DNA from: a virus
DNA length: 64,000 bases
Strand: one strand, 5' to 3'
Virus record (IMG/VR): IMGVR_UViG_3300032116_000057
Location: 40,455-104,454 of that record
Shown: one piece after another, positions 1 to 8,872 of the stretch
How the letters are laid out: the number at the start of each line of letters is the position of its first letter
Position numbering within the stretch: position 1 is the first letter of the stretch
Made by a program: the position numbers and the translations under genes
The notes under the pieces: model-generated
Databases searched by the model: none
What the model saw: only the letters and a program-made list of their open reading frames with translations
What the model was told of the DNA's origin: nothing

Positions 1-1207
1 TCTCGATGATGGCATTGAGCAATCCCTTCAATTGGTCTTTAGTCTTAACCTCTACTGGAAGGTTGAATGCACAAGCATTATTTTCCTTAAATGCGGGGCA
101 ATTTGCTGCAACAAAACATGTATTACATTGACGCAATGAAGACTGGTTAGTTCCGAGCACATTTACGTCTCTTATCAGGTCCCTTCCATCTTCATCTTTA
201 TCTATAACTCTCTTCGTAGATACTGAAAATACGGGTAAATTCATAGTTTCTGATGGGTCTCTAGGAACTATTTTCATAGTTGCTGGGGTGTTTTCTTTCC
301 GCATATCTAAGTCCTTGTTATCAGGTTCCAACCCTAGTGTTTCCGCAGAACCGGGAGTATCTATGTCATCACTGTTATCAGATAACAATCTTAAATGTGG
401 TGGTTTTTTCTTGTCCAAAGATTCCTCCAGCTGCAGGTAGCTCCAAATAGCGAGGCGAGTTACCTCGTTACTATCATCATTAATAATCTTATCGAAATCC
501 AAACCTGCCCGTTCAATAACAGCTTTATAACGTGGCCGTGCCTGGTCTTTTTGTTTCTTTTGGTATCGTACTAGTTTAGTTCCATCCCAGACAATAGTTT
601 CTCCTCGCATCATGGGGGATAGCCACGAGAGGGTGCTGGCGGTGGATAGAGGCACTTGTCTTAGATTGTCTGGCTTGGCACAACCCAAACCATGGAAGTT
701 AGTACCAAACTGCCCTTGTAGGGCCCTGGTTCTTCCGGATAACGTAGCGTCGTCTTCTATAGTATCTCCCAGAATAGCTATGTTAGCCCACTGCTCTGCT
801 AAAGCCATTAAAGTTGGGTGCCCATGTTGTGAGTGCCATACTGGCCAGTATTTATCCCCAAGTTCAAATCCAAGAGTTTTTCGTTGCTGGGCAATCCAGT
901 CATGACCAAGGGCAGGGGCATCAAACTCTACAACACCAGATATACGATCATAGTTAATTGCAACCCAATCCTCGAAGTTAGCCGCATGTTCTTCTAGCTC
1001 AGCCTTACTTAGGTTGGGATTAGATCCGGCACCGGCTACATAAATCTTTACATCATCAGGATATTTCTCTGATAATAGATAGTCTTTAGTTTTAGGTAAA
1101 CCGCGTTTAGCTAGGCCCCAGTAACTAACGCCTATATGTTTTACTCCACTATCAATCAAAAGAAGTCTATGAGAGGGGACTTCTCCCCCAAGAAATACTA
1201 TATTCAT
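1..1207 (-). CDS. TGT/DpdA-like (tRNA-guanine transglycosylase fold) protein with C-terminal Cys cluster; truncated at window edge; absent from ORF track
   Basis: Manual translation from ATG at 1207 (ATGA overlap with the upstream stop) is open to base 1: MNIVFLGGEVPSH...GVSYW...WPVWH...FHGLG...STASTLSW...CNTC..NC..AC. PVWH, HGLG and SxxSW resemble phage TGT-like proteins. Confidence 0.6.
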   Translation of the reverse strand, partial: MNIVFLGGEVPSHRLLLIDSGVKHIGVSYWGLAKRGLPKTKDYLLSEKYPDDVKIYVAGAGSNPNLSKAELEEHAANFEDWVAINYDRISGVVEFDAPALGHDWIAQQRKTLGFELGDKYWPVWHSQHGHPTLMALAEQWANIAILGDTIEDDATLSGRTRALQGQFGTNFHGLGCAKPDNLRQVPLSTASTLSWLSPMMRGETIVWDGTKLVRYQKKQKDQARPRYKAVIERAGLDFDKIINDDSNEVTRLAIWSYLQLEESLDKKKPPHLRLLSDNSDDIDTPGSAETLGLEPDNKDLDMRKENTPATMKIVPRDPSETMNLPVFSVSTKRVIDKDEDGRDLIRDVNVLGTNQSSLRQCNTCFVAANCPAFKENNACAFNLPVEVKTKDQLKGLLNAIIE

Positions 1208-1668
1208 TCAAATCTCTTTACCTTGCTGCCCAAATCAGCATCTAACAGAGCCAATCGTTGACGCTCTACTTCTGCAGATAATTCTTTCCAGGGCCTTACC
1301 GGACGGGTAGTTCTAACAAACTTTGGTGCAGAAAATAACAATGTAGGTACATTGTTGGCGAGCGCATAGGCACATCTATCTACATCTGGATCTATAAAAA
1401 GCTCTACTCTGCCTTGAGATCTGGCAACATCTAGCTGACGCATGCGTAGATCTTTACCCTCAAAAGCACATCTATCATCATAGATTTGGGCATAACCAAC
1501 TATGAGATTAGATTTAAGCCAATGTTCTGTAAGTTCTGGGTTTTGATCTGACCCAATAGTCATGCGGTAGTTTTGTGCTAGTACTCTATATAGTTTAATA
1601 CCGTCTGGGATTGGATCCCCAACTTCGGTACACAGCACGCCTTCTAACGATATTAACGCTGTATTCAT
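1204..1668 (-). CDS. HAD-superfamily-like protein with degenerate motif I
   Basis: ISLEGVL in place of DxDGVL; LFIDPD resembles motif IV. Confidence 0.5.
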   Translation of the reverse strand: MNTALISLEGVLCTEVGDPIPDGIKLYRVLAQNYRMTIGSDQNPELTEHWLKSNLIVGYAQIYDDRCAFEGKDLRMRQLDVARSQGRVELFIDPDVDRCAYALANNVPTLLFSAPKFVRTTRPVRPWKELSAEVERQRLALLDADLGSKVKRFE

Positions 1669-2595
1669 CTATGGCCTTAGAGCTCTTCTGACCATAACAC
1701 TTGCATCAGGGAGCTCTACGCCATACTGCTCTAGTTGACTTGCTTCTTCTGCTGCCTTTTTGTGGTCCTTAATTGTTCTTAGTGCTTGTATTACCCCAGT
1801 TCGTTTTCCAGCTTGCCATCTATAGTTATTAAAATCAGAATAGCCTTCGCCAATACGACTAAAGGCAACTTTTCTTCCAGAATGTATTTCATCAAAGAAA
1901 GCTTCAGCTTGCTCTGCAGCAAGTTTTAGTTTAGATTCGGCATTAACTCTGTGTGCGGGGTTTTGTGCACTTCTAACCTCATTGAGCGCAGAAGAATACC
2001 TGTCTACAAGTTCTGAACCTTGTTGATAATCTCTATTAGCTTTCAAATCCCATTCTGCATTGCGTGGCGGTGTTTCATACTTAGGCTCAACAGTCCAGTC
2101 ATCTAGAATTAAATCATAGGCGGCATATGGGTTAATATTTCTAATATCGGACTGCTCATTTACATAAAAAGTTAATTCAAATCCGTGCCAGTTTTTTGTT
2201 TTTGGAGCCAAAGCGTTATAAAACCCTTCATTTATTTCTTTGGCAATCTCTGCGTCTGAGAATCCTATATAGTTTTTATTAGACTCTCTAAAGCTAACGT
2301 AATCTACCCCCACCAAACAATCTAAATCTCCGGGAAGCCGTGCCGCCTCCCATTGATAGGAAACCCCAGATCCGGCTAACCATGCCCTAGTCCAACTATG
2401 AGCATTGTTAAACCTTCCATCAAGGAAAGTCATTAGTAGCGTTAGAACACCTGTTCGAATAAACGGGTGAAGCTTTTCGCCCACATCAAATAGCTTTGGG
2501 TCCAACATAGGGGATGGTGCGCTGAAATAAGAGGTAGATGCCGGTGAAATCGCGGGAATAGGTCCGCTCTTGGCTATAGCATCAATGTAACTCAT
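1669..2595 (-). CDS. Pol-beta-family nucleotidyltransferase
   Basis: WLAGSGVSYQW...GDLDCLV (GS-x-DxD) followed by ELTFYV. Confidence 0.75.
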   Translation of the reverse strand: MSYIDAIAKSGPIPAISPASTSYFSAPSPMLDPKLFDVGEKLHPFIRTGVLTLLMTFLDGRFNNAHSWTRAWLAGSGVSYQWEAARLPGDLDCLVGVDYVSFRESNKNYIGFSDAEIAKEINEGFYNALAPKTKNWHGFELTFYVNEQSDIRNINPYAAYDLILDDWTVEPKYETPPRNAEWDLKANRDYQQGSELVDRYSSALNEVRSAQNPAHRVNAESKLKLAAEQAEAFFDEIHSGRKVAFSRIGEGYSDFNNYRWQAGKRTGVIQALRTIKDHKKAAEEASQLEQYGVELPDASVMVRRALRP

Positions 2596-2634
2596 AGCCC
2601 TATTCTTTCACTGAGTGTGCAGGTACGTCTTGGT

Positions 2635-2880
2635 TTATTCTGCTTCAGCAGACTTTTCTAGCTGTTTAATACGGAGCACAGTATATTCAGCAGCGGCCTG
2701 TGCCTGAAGATCGCTGACGATCTCCGAGCAGAACCGGCGTACCTCCACAAGGGAAGCTTCTCTATCTAAGTCAATAGAGAAAATCTCTGGGTTTCGTTCA
2801 ACAAACATATCGCCGTTTTCATTCACTAATACGGCAAATCCGGTCTTCATCTTTGGCTTGTTTTGTGTTTCTTCAGTCAT
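2635..2880 (-). CDS. hypothetical protein
   Basis: ORF with AGGAG RBS, same orientation as neighbours. Confidence 0.7.
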   Translation of the reverse strand: MTEETQNKPKMKTGFAVLVNENGDMFVERNPEIFSIDLDREASLVEVRRFCSEIVSDLQAQAAAEYTVLRIKQLEKSAEAE

Positions 2881-2888
2881 GATGCTCC

Positions 2889-3473
2889 TTATTTGTATAG
2901 GCCTTTGTCTTCACGTTGTCTTGTTACATAATATGTCTTTACTGGGCAGAAATCACAAAGATATACGTTGGTACTAGCAGACTGTGCTGCGGACTGTAAA
3001 CCAACTTCTTTGCGAAGTTCTGCAGTGCTTTTAGGAATTAGACGCTTTTTGCTGTCTCTCCAATCCCCACAAGCTCCTACGGGACGCATATGTAAGTTGT
3101 AACACTTCATTGCGTCATCATAGAAAGTTGCTTTAGTTGTGTAGTAGTCTGGATCTAGATCCGCTAAACCCCCACCAACTCTAGTTCTTAAATTCTTTAT
3201 GATCTCTTTTTTAAACTTTTCTTGAGACCATATTTTTACTCCGATCTTAGATAGAAAACCTGTGTGGGGAACGCCAGCGGACTGATGTTTTTCAACTAAC
3301 AGCTCTAGCAGCGTATCATCTTCTGGACGACCTTCAAAGTCTGGCAACTCTTCTATGGTCTTACAGTTAAAGCAATAGAGTAGACGAATCTTTGGACCGT
3401 CATCACGAACCTCGGTGTATGTTCCTTGGTCGGCAGGCGTGTTTCCACTACCTAAAATAGGAATATCAGACAT
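2889..3473 (-). CDS. hypothetical Zn-binding protein
   Basis: CFNC and CDFC pairs; leaderless-type promoter upstream. Confidence 0.7.
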   Translation of the reverse strand: MSDIPILGSGNTPADQGTYTEVRDDGPKIRLLYCFNCKTIEELPDFEGRPEDDTLLELLVEKHQSAGVPHTGFLSKIGVKIWSQEKFKKEIIKNLRTRVGGGLADLDPDYYTTKATFYDDAMKCYNLHMRPVGACGDWRDSKKRLIPKSTAELRKEVGLQSAAQSASTNVYLCDFCPVKTYYVTRQREDKGLYK

Positions 3474-3494
3474 GGGCCTATCCTAGCAGGTAAT

Positions 3495-4676
3495 TTACTC
3501 GCCCCTGGTATTCCTGCGTGGTTTGCTCTGTACGGGGGCTGGAATAGCTGGTGTTGCAAGCTGAGATGTCTCGGTAAGCATCCTTTGCTCATCTGTTTCT
3601 CTATCAGAAATGGGAGTTAATCCGGCAGAAGCGGCTAGCTCGTTAACTCTTGCCGGTCCAAAGAACTCTTCTTCAGCCACTTTTCTAAACTGAGTAGTTG
3701 GTGGAGCAGGTGGAACAAAAGAATCTGTTTTATGGACGCGTTTATGGTGGGCAATTGCTGGAACTATTAAAGATCTTGCTTCAGTACCCTCTAACCCTAA
3801 ATTTTTGGCGTGATAATAGTAGGCTTCAGCACTGGGCTGCACGCTCCCATCATCTGCGGTAGACAATGATCTTAAAAGAGCTTGGTGAGCTAAATGTAGG
3901 CGGGATTTGCCGCCAGTAGCTCTAGATATAACATCAGGAATTGCAGGCAATGTGGCTTTCCACCCCGCATCAACTAAATCTTTAAAGTCTTTTTCTGAAA
4001 GCACGTCTTGAGCTTTAGGTTTTGGAGCTCTTCCTGGACCATGAGTAAGTTTTTTTCTACCCGTCCAAGGTTGAGCACCGGCTTGTTGTGCAAAACTTTC
4101 GTCTCTAAATTCACCTAATTTTTTATGTCTAGCTCTATGCACTCGAAATGCAAGTCTGTCGTCCTTTGTGATCGGATAGCTAGCAAACTCTTCTCCGCCC
4201 ATATACTCAGACGCGGGAGTTGGTTCCATAGAAACTGCTGTTTCATCCCTACTTAGTTTTAGAGCTTTTAGATGCCTATCACATACGGGCATGTGCATTT
4301 CTTGACCCGGAACTTTTATAAAGTGTCTGGCATAACCCGCATGTCTAGAACCTGGAGCATCACATTGCAATGGTTTGTGTGCTTCCGGTCTATTTCTAAA
4401 TAATTTTTCTAAATAGTCAAAAGTAGGTTCATCTAATTCGCCTGTATACGCATCTACCTGAGTTTCTTCAGGTATGCCAATTACTCTACGACGATATCCG
4501 CCAGGATGAAACTCTTCACTGAGGCCAACCTCAACGTGACCCCCAGATTTTTCAATATCTGTTTTACCTGGTTTAATGGTATCTGGAAGCGCCTCAAACT
4601 TATCGGGAGATATGTCTGGGCCTTGTCGTTTGGCCGGTACATTACCACCAGAACCTGGGACAACATCGTTAGCCAT
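3495..4676 (-). CDS. hypothetical protein
   Basis: 393-aa ORF overlapping the upstream stop; C..H..CxxH possible Zn site. Confidence 0.7.
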   Translation of the reverse strand: MANDVVPGSGGNVPAKRQGPDISPDKFEALPDTIKPGKTDIEKSGGHVEVGLSEEFHPGGYRRRVIGIPEETQVDAYTGELDEPTFDYLEKLFRNRPEAHKPLQCDAPGSRHAGYARHFIKVPGQEMHMPVCDRHLKALKLSRDETAVSMEPTPASEYMGGEEFASYPITKDDRLAFRVHRARHKKLGEFRDESFAQQAGAQPWTGRKKLTHGPGRAPKPKAQDVLSEKDFKDLVDAGWKATLPAIPDVISRATGGKSRLHLAHQALLRSLSTADDGSVQPSAEAYYYHAKNLGLEGTEARSLIVPAIAHHKRVHKTDSFVPPAPPTTQFRKVAEEEFFGPARVNELAASAGLTPISDRETDEQRMLTETSQLATPAIPAPVQSKPRRNTRGE

Positions 4677-4905
4677 TTTTCTTTCGCTTCTTGCCTTTGG
4701 TAAGTGCGGTAGCGTTATCTCTTAATTCTCTGTTATCACGAATTCCCATAGTTCCGGTAAACTCATTATCATCAATTGCATAGTCTGGATGATCTTTTGG
4801 TAGGGCAGCACGACGAGCAATATCTGCATTTATTTCTGCTATTAAATCTCTCTTTTTAGGAGCAAAACTAGGACGACTGTTGTCGCGACGTGGAACATTA
4901 CTCAT
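4669..4905 (-). CDS. small basic hypothetical protein (N-terminal VPRRD)
   Basis: Coupled ORF with Lys-rich C-terminus. Confidence 0.65.
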   Translation of the reverse strand: MSNVPRRDNSRPSFAPKKRDLIAEINADIARRAALPKDHPDYAIDDNEFTGTMGIRDNRELRDNATALTKGKKRKKNG

Positions 4906-5281
4906 CTTGTTTCGTCATCCTTTTCATATCACGTTCTTCTTTAAATTTACCCATTGATATTACATTATTATTGGATTCGTCTGCACCAACCATTAGATTA
5001 GCTAAACGACCCTTCCCAGCTAAACCATTTAGTACATCTGCAGTAGTATTTGGTCCAGCCTTTTTAACTCCGAATCCCATGTCATTTGCTACTAAATGCG
5101 AAGTGTCTTCTGGTTCGTAGTCGTCATCATAACTAGATTCACCAGTTACTTCGTTAATGCCTTGTTCTTTACCTAGTATGTGCTCAAAAAACGCATTTTT
5201 TCCTAAACGAAAACGCGCTTGAATATCGCCAGGACCTCTTCTAATAGGTACGACGTTAGACGGAGTGTCCTTCTCGTCCAT
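4898..5281 (-). CDS. hypothetical protein
   Basis: Coupled ORF in the chain. Confidence 0.65.
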   Translation of the reverse strand: MDEKDTPSNVVPIRRGPGDIQARFRLGKNAFFEHILGKEQGINEVTGESSYDDDYEPEDTSHLVANDMGFGVKKAGPNTTADVLNGLAGKGRLANLMVGADESNNNVISMGKFKEERDMKRMTKQDE

Positions 5282-5284
5282 GGA

Positions 5285-5557
5285 CTAGTAGGTTGGCCCC
5301 ATAGTATCTTCATAAGAGTTAGAAACTCTTTGAGAAGACGATGCAGCTTTTGTAGCTAATGGGTTTACCTTAGTGGAATCTTCTTGATCAATATAATCAT
5401 AGTTCCAATAAGGATGTAAGTCTTGACGGTTAGCTCTTACTAGTTCGTCGCCCTTGCCTGCAGCTACAGTTGTATTCGGACGTACCTTACGATACTTTCC
5501 ATCAGTAGCGCCTTCGTTTAGGCTTTGGTTTAGTGAGCGTGATTCGTTAGTTGCCAT
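5285..5557 (-). CDS. hypothetical protein
   Basis: TAATG-coupled ORF. Confidence 0.7.
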   Translation of the reverse strand: MATNESRSLNQSLNEGATDGKYRKVRPNTTVAAGKGDELVRANRQDLHPYWNYDYIDQEDSTKVNPLATKAASSSQRVSNSYEDTMGPTY

Positions 5558-5769
5558 TAGTTATCCTTTTTCTTAGGTGCGGTTACTTGTACAGAAGGCA
5601 TTGGTTCACGATATGGCTCGTTCTTTTTTGCGCCACCACTTGTCCAAGGATCTGCTGCACGGGCATCGTTATCCTTTTTAGCAGCGCTAGTAACGCTAGC
5701 TAAAAGAGCAAGTCCATTAGGTGATTTAAATCCCTTACGTATTTTATCTCTACGAGGTACAAAACTCAT
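5557..5769 (-). CDS. small basic hypothetical protein (N-terminal VPRRD)
   Basis: ATGA-coupled ORF. Confidence 0.65.
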   Translation of the reverse strand: MSFVPRRDKIRKGFKSPNGLALLASVTSAAKKDNDARAADPWTSGGAKKNEPYREPMPSVQVTAPKKKDN

Positions 5770-5927
5770 TTTTTGCCCGCTTTCTTTTTCTTTTTGGCCT
5801 GTTTTTCCCGCTCTTTATCCGACATAGTCTTTACCTTTAAAGGTACGATCTTTGTTTTTTTAAGTGGGCTATCCACGTCTATAGTATTACGTGTAAATAC
5901 CCTTTTATCTCGTCTAACGCCCGCCAT
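5766..5927 (-). CDS. 53-aa basic hypothetical protein (MAGVRRDKRV...); not in ORF track
   Basis: Manual translation; fills the gap exactly with TAATG and ATGA overlaps. Confidence 0.65.
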   Translation of the reverse strand: MAGVRRDKRVFTRNTIDVDSPLKKTKIVPLKVKTMSDKEREKQAKKKKKAGKK

Positions 5928-6199
5928 TATGACTTCACATCCCGTCTGACTTGCTTTCTAACCCTAGGTCTGATTACTTTTCGGGTTCTAGACCTCTGTC
6001 CAGTAGCTCTATAAATACGGCGTTGTGCAGCGCTTTCTGAACCTGGGTTTAGTGTAGTAGATTGTTTACCTACCCAACGCCCAGAGGGTCTTTTCTCCCA
6101 ACTATCGCCAACAGATTGGTATTTAACGCCGGTCTTAGTTTTAGGTTTGCGAGCTACGGCAGGTTTATAAGCTTTTACAGTCTTAGGTTTTTCAGCCAC
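5927..6199 (-). CDS. Arg/Lys-rich hypothetical protein
   Basis: Coupled ORF, very basic. Confidence 0.65.
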   Translation of the reverse strand: MAEKPKTVKAYKPAVARKPKTKTGVKYQSVGDSWEKRPSGRWVGKQSTTLNPGSESAAQRRIYRATGQRSRTRKVIRPRVRKQVRRDVKS

Positions 6200-6359
6200 C
6201 CATAGCCCCTTTCCTTGCAGATTCGTACTTTAAATTTCTACATGTTGGGCAAACCTTGCCGTCACCATACATGACAACTACCGGATCCATAACTTCCCTG
6301 CACTTACGACAAATTCTACTACCATCATAGATAGTAAGGGTACTGATTTCTTCTACCAT
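6192..6359 (-). CDS. 55-aa Zn-ribbon protein; not in ORF track
   Basis: MVEEISTLTIYDGSRICRKC...VCPTC; overlaps both neighbours. Confidence 0.65.
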   Translation of the reverse strand: MVEEISTLTIYDGSRICRKCREVMDPVVVMYGDGKVCPTCRNLKYESARKGAMGG

Positions 6360-6700
6360 ACGGACTCAGTTACGTTTCTGGAAGTACCCTGGTAAGAAGT
6401 TGGAGACTGTGAGTAGTCAGTTCTAGTTGGCTGGTACTCAATATTGACATCTACTATGTCCATAATAGTAAGCTCTTCAGTTCTATAGCCGAACTTAGGA
6501 CGAAATAGCTGGATCTGAGGTAGGTTAGGACGCACAATATCTTGAATCATAGCTGCCGGCAAAGTTACAGACATAATTGCACGACTAATTAAGGCATCCT
6601 GGGTATCTTCAAAAGGACCCATGTAGTCATAACGGATTTTAGGACCGTTATCTACAATTTCACGGGGCTTACTGTGATCGTATACGCCGTCTTGCATCAT
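6353..6700 (-). CDS. hypothetical protein
   Basis: ATGA-coupled ORF. Confidence 0.7.
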   Translation of the reverse strand: MMQDGVYDHSKPREIVDNGPKIRYDYMGPFEDTQDALISRAIMSVTLPAAMIQDIVRPNLPQIQLFRPKFGYRTEELTIMDIVDVNIEYQPTRTDYSQSPTSYQGTSRNVTESVW

Positions 6701-7383
6701 GGTTTTCTCTTTGGTAATCGACTCATCTTTTTACCTACACTTTTTGATGAAGCCAAAGCATCAGTAATATTTGATGTTATAAGCGGCTCATCATCGTTAC
6801 TTGTTGTGCCGCCAGAAGGGTTAACTTGACGACCTTGTGGAAACCAACGAAGTCTGTCTCGTAAATATTCATGTCTTGGATGTGGATTATCAAAAGTATG
6901 TACAGTCTCTCCGGCAGCACGTTTAGCACGTACGCCTGATCTTTCTTCGTCTCTTCTTCTTTTTAGCGGTTTAGAAAGATCGCCAAAGGGGTCCTCTTCA
7001 TCCATATATCTAATGACGTCTTCCATTCTATGCCAAGTTCTTGTACCACGCTGTAAACGATCTTCACCGCTACTACCCATACCCTTACGCTCAACGTAAT
7101 GTGGCATGTTTCTGGTGTGTGTCCATTTTTTGACGGTATCTGGATGAACGCCGTAAACTCTCGAAAGCTCTGAGTTACTTAAAAGAGATAAGCCCTCATT
7201 ATCAACAGGAACTGGTGCTGCAGTTGAGGGGCGTGTATATTCCTTAGACATAACTTCATCAAAATGTTCTTTGCTTTGAATAGGCTGAGCCTTAGGCATA
7301 TCGTCTCTGGGATCGGCCACTGCTTCAAACTTTTTGACCTGGGGGGTTTTTTTATTATTGTCTTTTTTTGCCATTATTGCCAC
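6697..7383 (-). CDS. helix-turn-helix (MerR/excisionase-like) DNA-binding protein
   Basis: LSNSELSRVYGVHPDTVKKW. Confidence 0.55.
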   Translation of the reverse strand: MAIMAKKDNNKKTPQVKKFEAVADPRDDMPKAQPIQSKEHFDEVMSKEYTRPSTAAPVPVDNEGLSLLSNSELSRVYGVHPDTVKKWTHTRNMPHYVERKGMGSSGEDRLQRGTRTWHRMEDVIRYMDEEDPFGDLSKPLKRRRDEERSGVRAKRAAGETVHTFDNPHPRHEYLRDRLRWFPQGRQVNPSGGTTSNDDEPLITSNITDALASSKSVGKKMSRLPKRKP

Positions 7384-7916
7384 CTAGGTTTTAGGTGTTC
7401 AAAATGTCCAGCAAGCTTTGTATTAAACTCTAGAGGTACGTTGGCAGATATATTAGCCTTACCATCATTGATTAAACGTGGTGCTGGAGCTAAAGTAGAC
7501 TTAGGGGCATTGCGTTTAACCATAAAAGCAACTCCCCCCTCATTATCTATAAGCTTAGCTTGAGCTTTAATTCTACGGTCAGGCTCTAGTCCTTCTGGCC
7601 AAACATATTCACCAAGGTCTATGCGTTCGCCCTTATGAACACCGCGTTGGTATCCACGTTGATTCTGACGTGCCTTAAGGGAGTCAAGTACAACATCTGA
7701 TACCGCGTAAGGCTTTCCTCTATCGTCACGGCGAGAACGAATAGTGCCTAAATAGCCGTCAGGGTATTCAGCAGACGGCGTTTTTCCTACACCAATACGC
7801 AATGAATCCATTACGCTGCGAGTAACTACAGGCGTACCTCCACCACCAGTAGTGGTGTAAGCTCCAATATACCCGCTAGCGCCCAGGTATTGCCAGTTTT
7901 GATGTGAGGATGGCAC
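7374..7916 (-). CDS. hypothetical protein
   Basis: 180-aa ORF with GAGGAG RBS. Confidence 0.7.
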   Translation of the reverse strand: MPSSHQNWQYLGASGYIGAYTTTGGGGTPVVTRSVMDSLRIGVGKTPSAEYPDGYLGTIRSRRDDRGKPYAVSDVVLDSLKARQNQRGYQRGVHKGERIDLGEYVWPEGLEPDRRIKAQAKLIDNEGGVAFMVKRNAPKSTLAPAPRLINDGKANISANVPLEFNTKLAGHFEHLKPRWQ

Positions 7917-7918
7917 GA

Positions 7919-8203
7919 TTATTTCTCCTCAGTAGTCTCTTTAACTTCTGCTTTCTTTTTTACTGCTGCTTTTGGTTCTTCAACCACTTTTGGTTCTTCA
8001 ACCACTTTTGGTTCTTCAACTACAGGCTCTTCAACAACAGGCTTTGAAATAGCGGGGGTAGGTAAAGAAACTTCAAAGATCTTTACGTTTAGATCTCTAC
8101 TTAGTTTTATAAACCATGGCAAGTGAGAAGCACAATAAAATTGAGACGTTGGTTTTTGTCTCAGTTCGTATACAGCAACACTTGAACAGTTATCGCACTT
8201 CAT
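7919..8203 (-). CDS. small Zn-finger protein with VVEEP(K) repeats
   Basis: CDNC...CASH; four VVEEP units. Confidence 0.65.
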   Translation of the reverse strand: MKCDNCSSVAVYELRQKPTSQFYCASHLPWFIKLSRDLNVKIFEVSLPTPAISKPVVEEPVVEEPKVVEEPKVVEEPKAAVKKKAEVKETTEEK

Positions 8204-8463
8204 TATTTTTTCTTTTTCTTCTTTGACTCTGCCACGATTGATTCAAGTTGTTTTTCAATCTCTGGAAGAACAGCTTTGACAATACCAAATGCTGGGTCTT
8301 TTGGATTAAATGCACGTGCTGCTACGGGTACAACAGCTGCAAGTCCTGCGGCAATAATTCCTTTTGGATCTGTAATTTCTCCAGTTTGCCATACGGCTAA
8401 AGCTGCTGCAATAAAAGAGCGACCGTATGAGGCTAACATAGCCTGTAGTTGTTTCTTGTCCAT
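8203..8463 (-). CDS. holin-like membrane protein
   Basis: SYGRSFIAA, two hydrophobic segments, NPKDPAFG, basic C-terminus. Confidence 0.6.
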   Translation of the reverse strand: MDKKQLQAMLASYGRSFIAAALAVWQTGEITDPKGIIAAGLAAVVPVAARAFNPKDPAFGIVKAVLPEIEKQLESIVAESKKKKKK

Positions 8464-8527
8464 ATTTATCCTTTCTAGGGAGGGTCCTAGACTACCAATA
8501 GTGCCCTAAAAGGGGTGTAACGTCAGG

Positions 8528-8776
8528 CTAATCCCGGCCTTCTTTGAGGTGCTGATCTAATCTGCCCTTCATTTCAGCCACATCAGCCCGGATCTCGGAC
8601 AACAAGGGGAGGATCTCCAACTTAACTTTGTCAGAAAGACTTGATCCACCGTTAGGTTTTAATTCACTTAAGTATTCTTTAACAAGATATTGATTAAACT
8701 TTTTAATTCCAATTCCGAGTGATGAAAGAATTGCAATTAGTCCTGTAATTACTCCAACCCAATCAAGTACTGACAT
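8528..8776 (-). CDS. membrane protein (N-terminal TM, ELKPNGGSSL motif)
   Basis: TM followed by PNGGSS, a pattern common near actinophage lysis genes. Confidence 0.6.
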   Translation of the reverse strand: MSVLDWVGVITGLIAILSSLGIGIKKFNQYLVKEYLSELKPNGGSSLSDKVKLEILPLLSEIRADVAEMKGRLDQHLKEGRD

Positions 8777-8872
8777 TTAAACTCCCAAGCGATATTAAGT
8801 TGTAAGTGCAAACTATGATACATGTAACACAATCTGTCATGGTAAAGTACGCTTACAAGATAGGAGATTACC

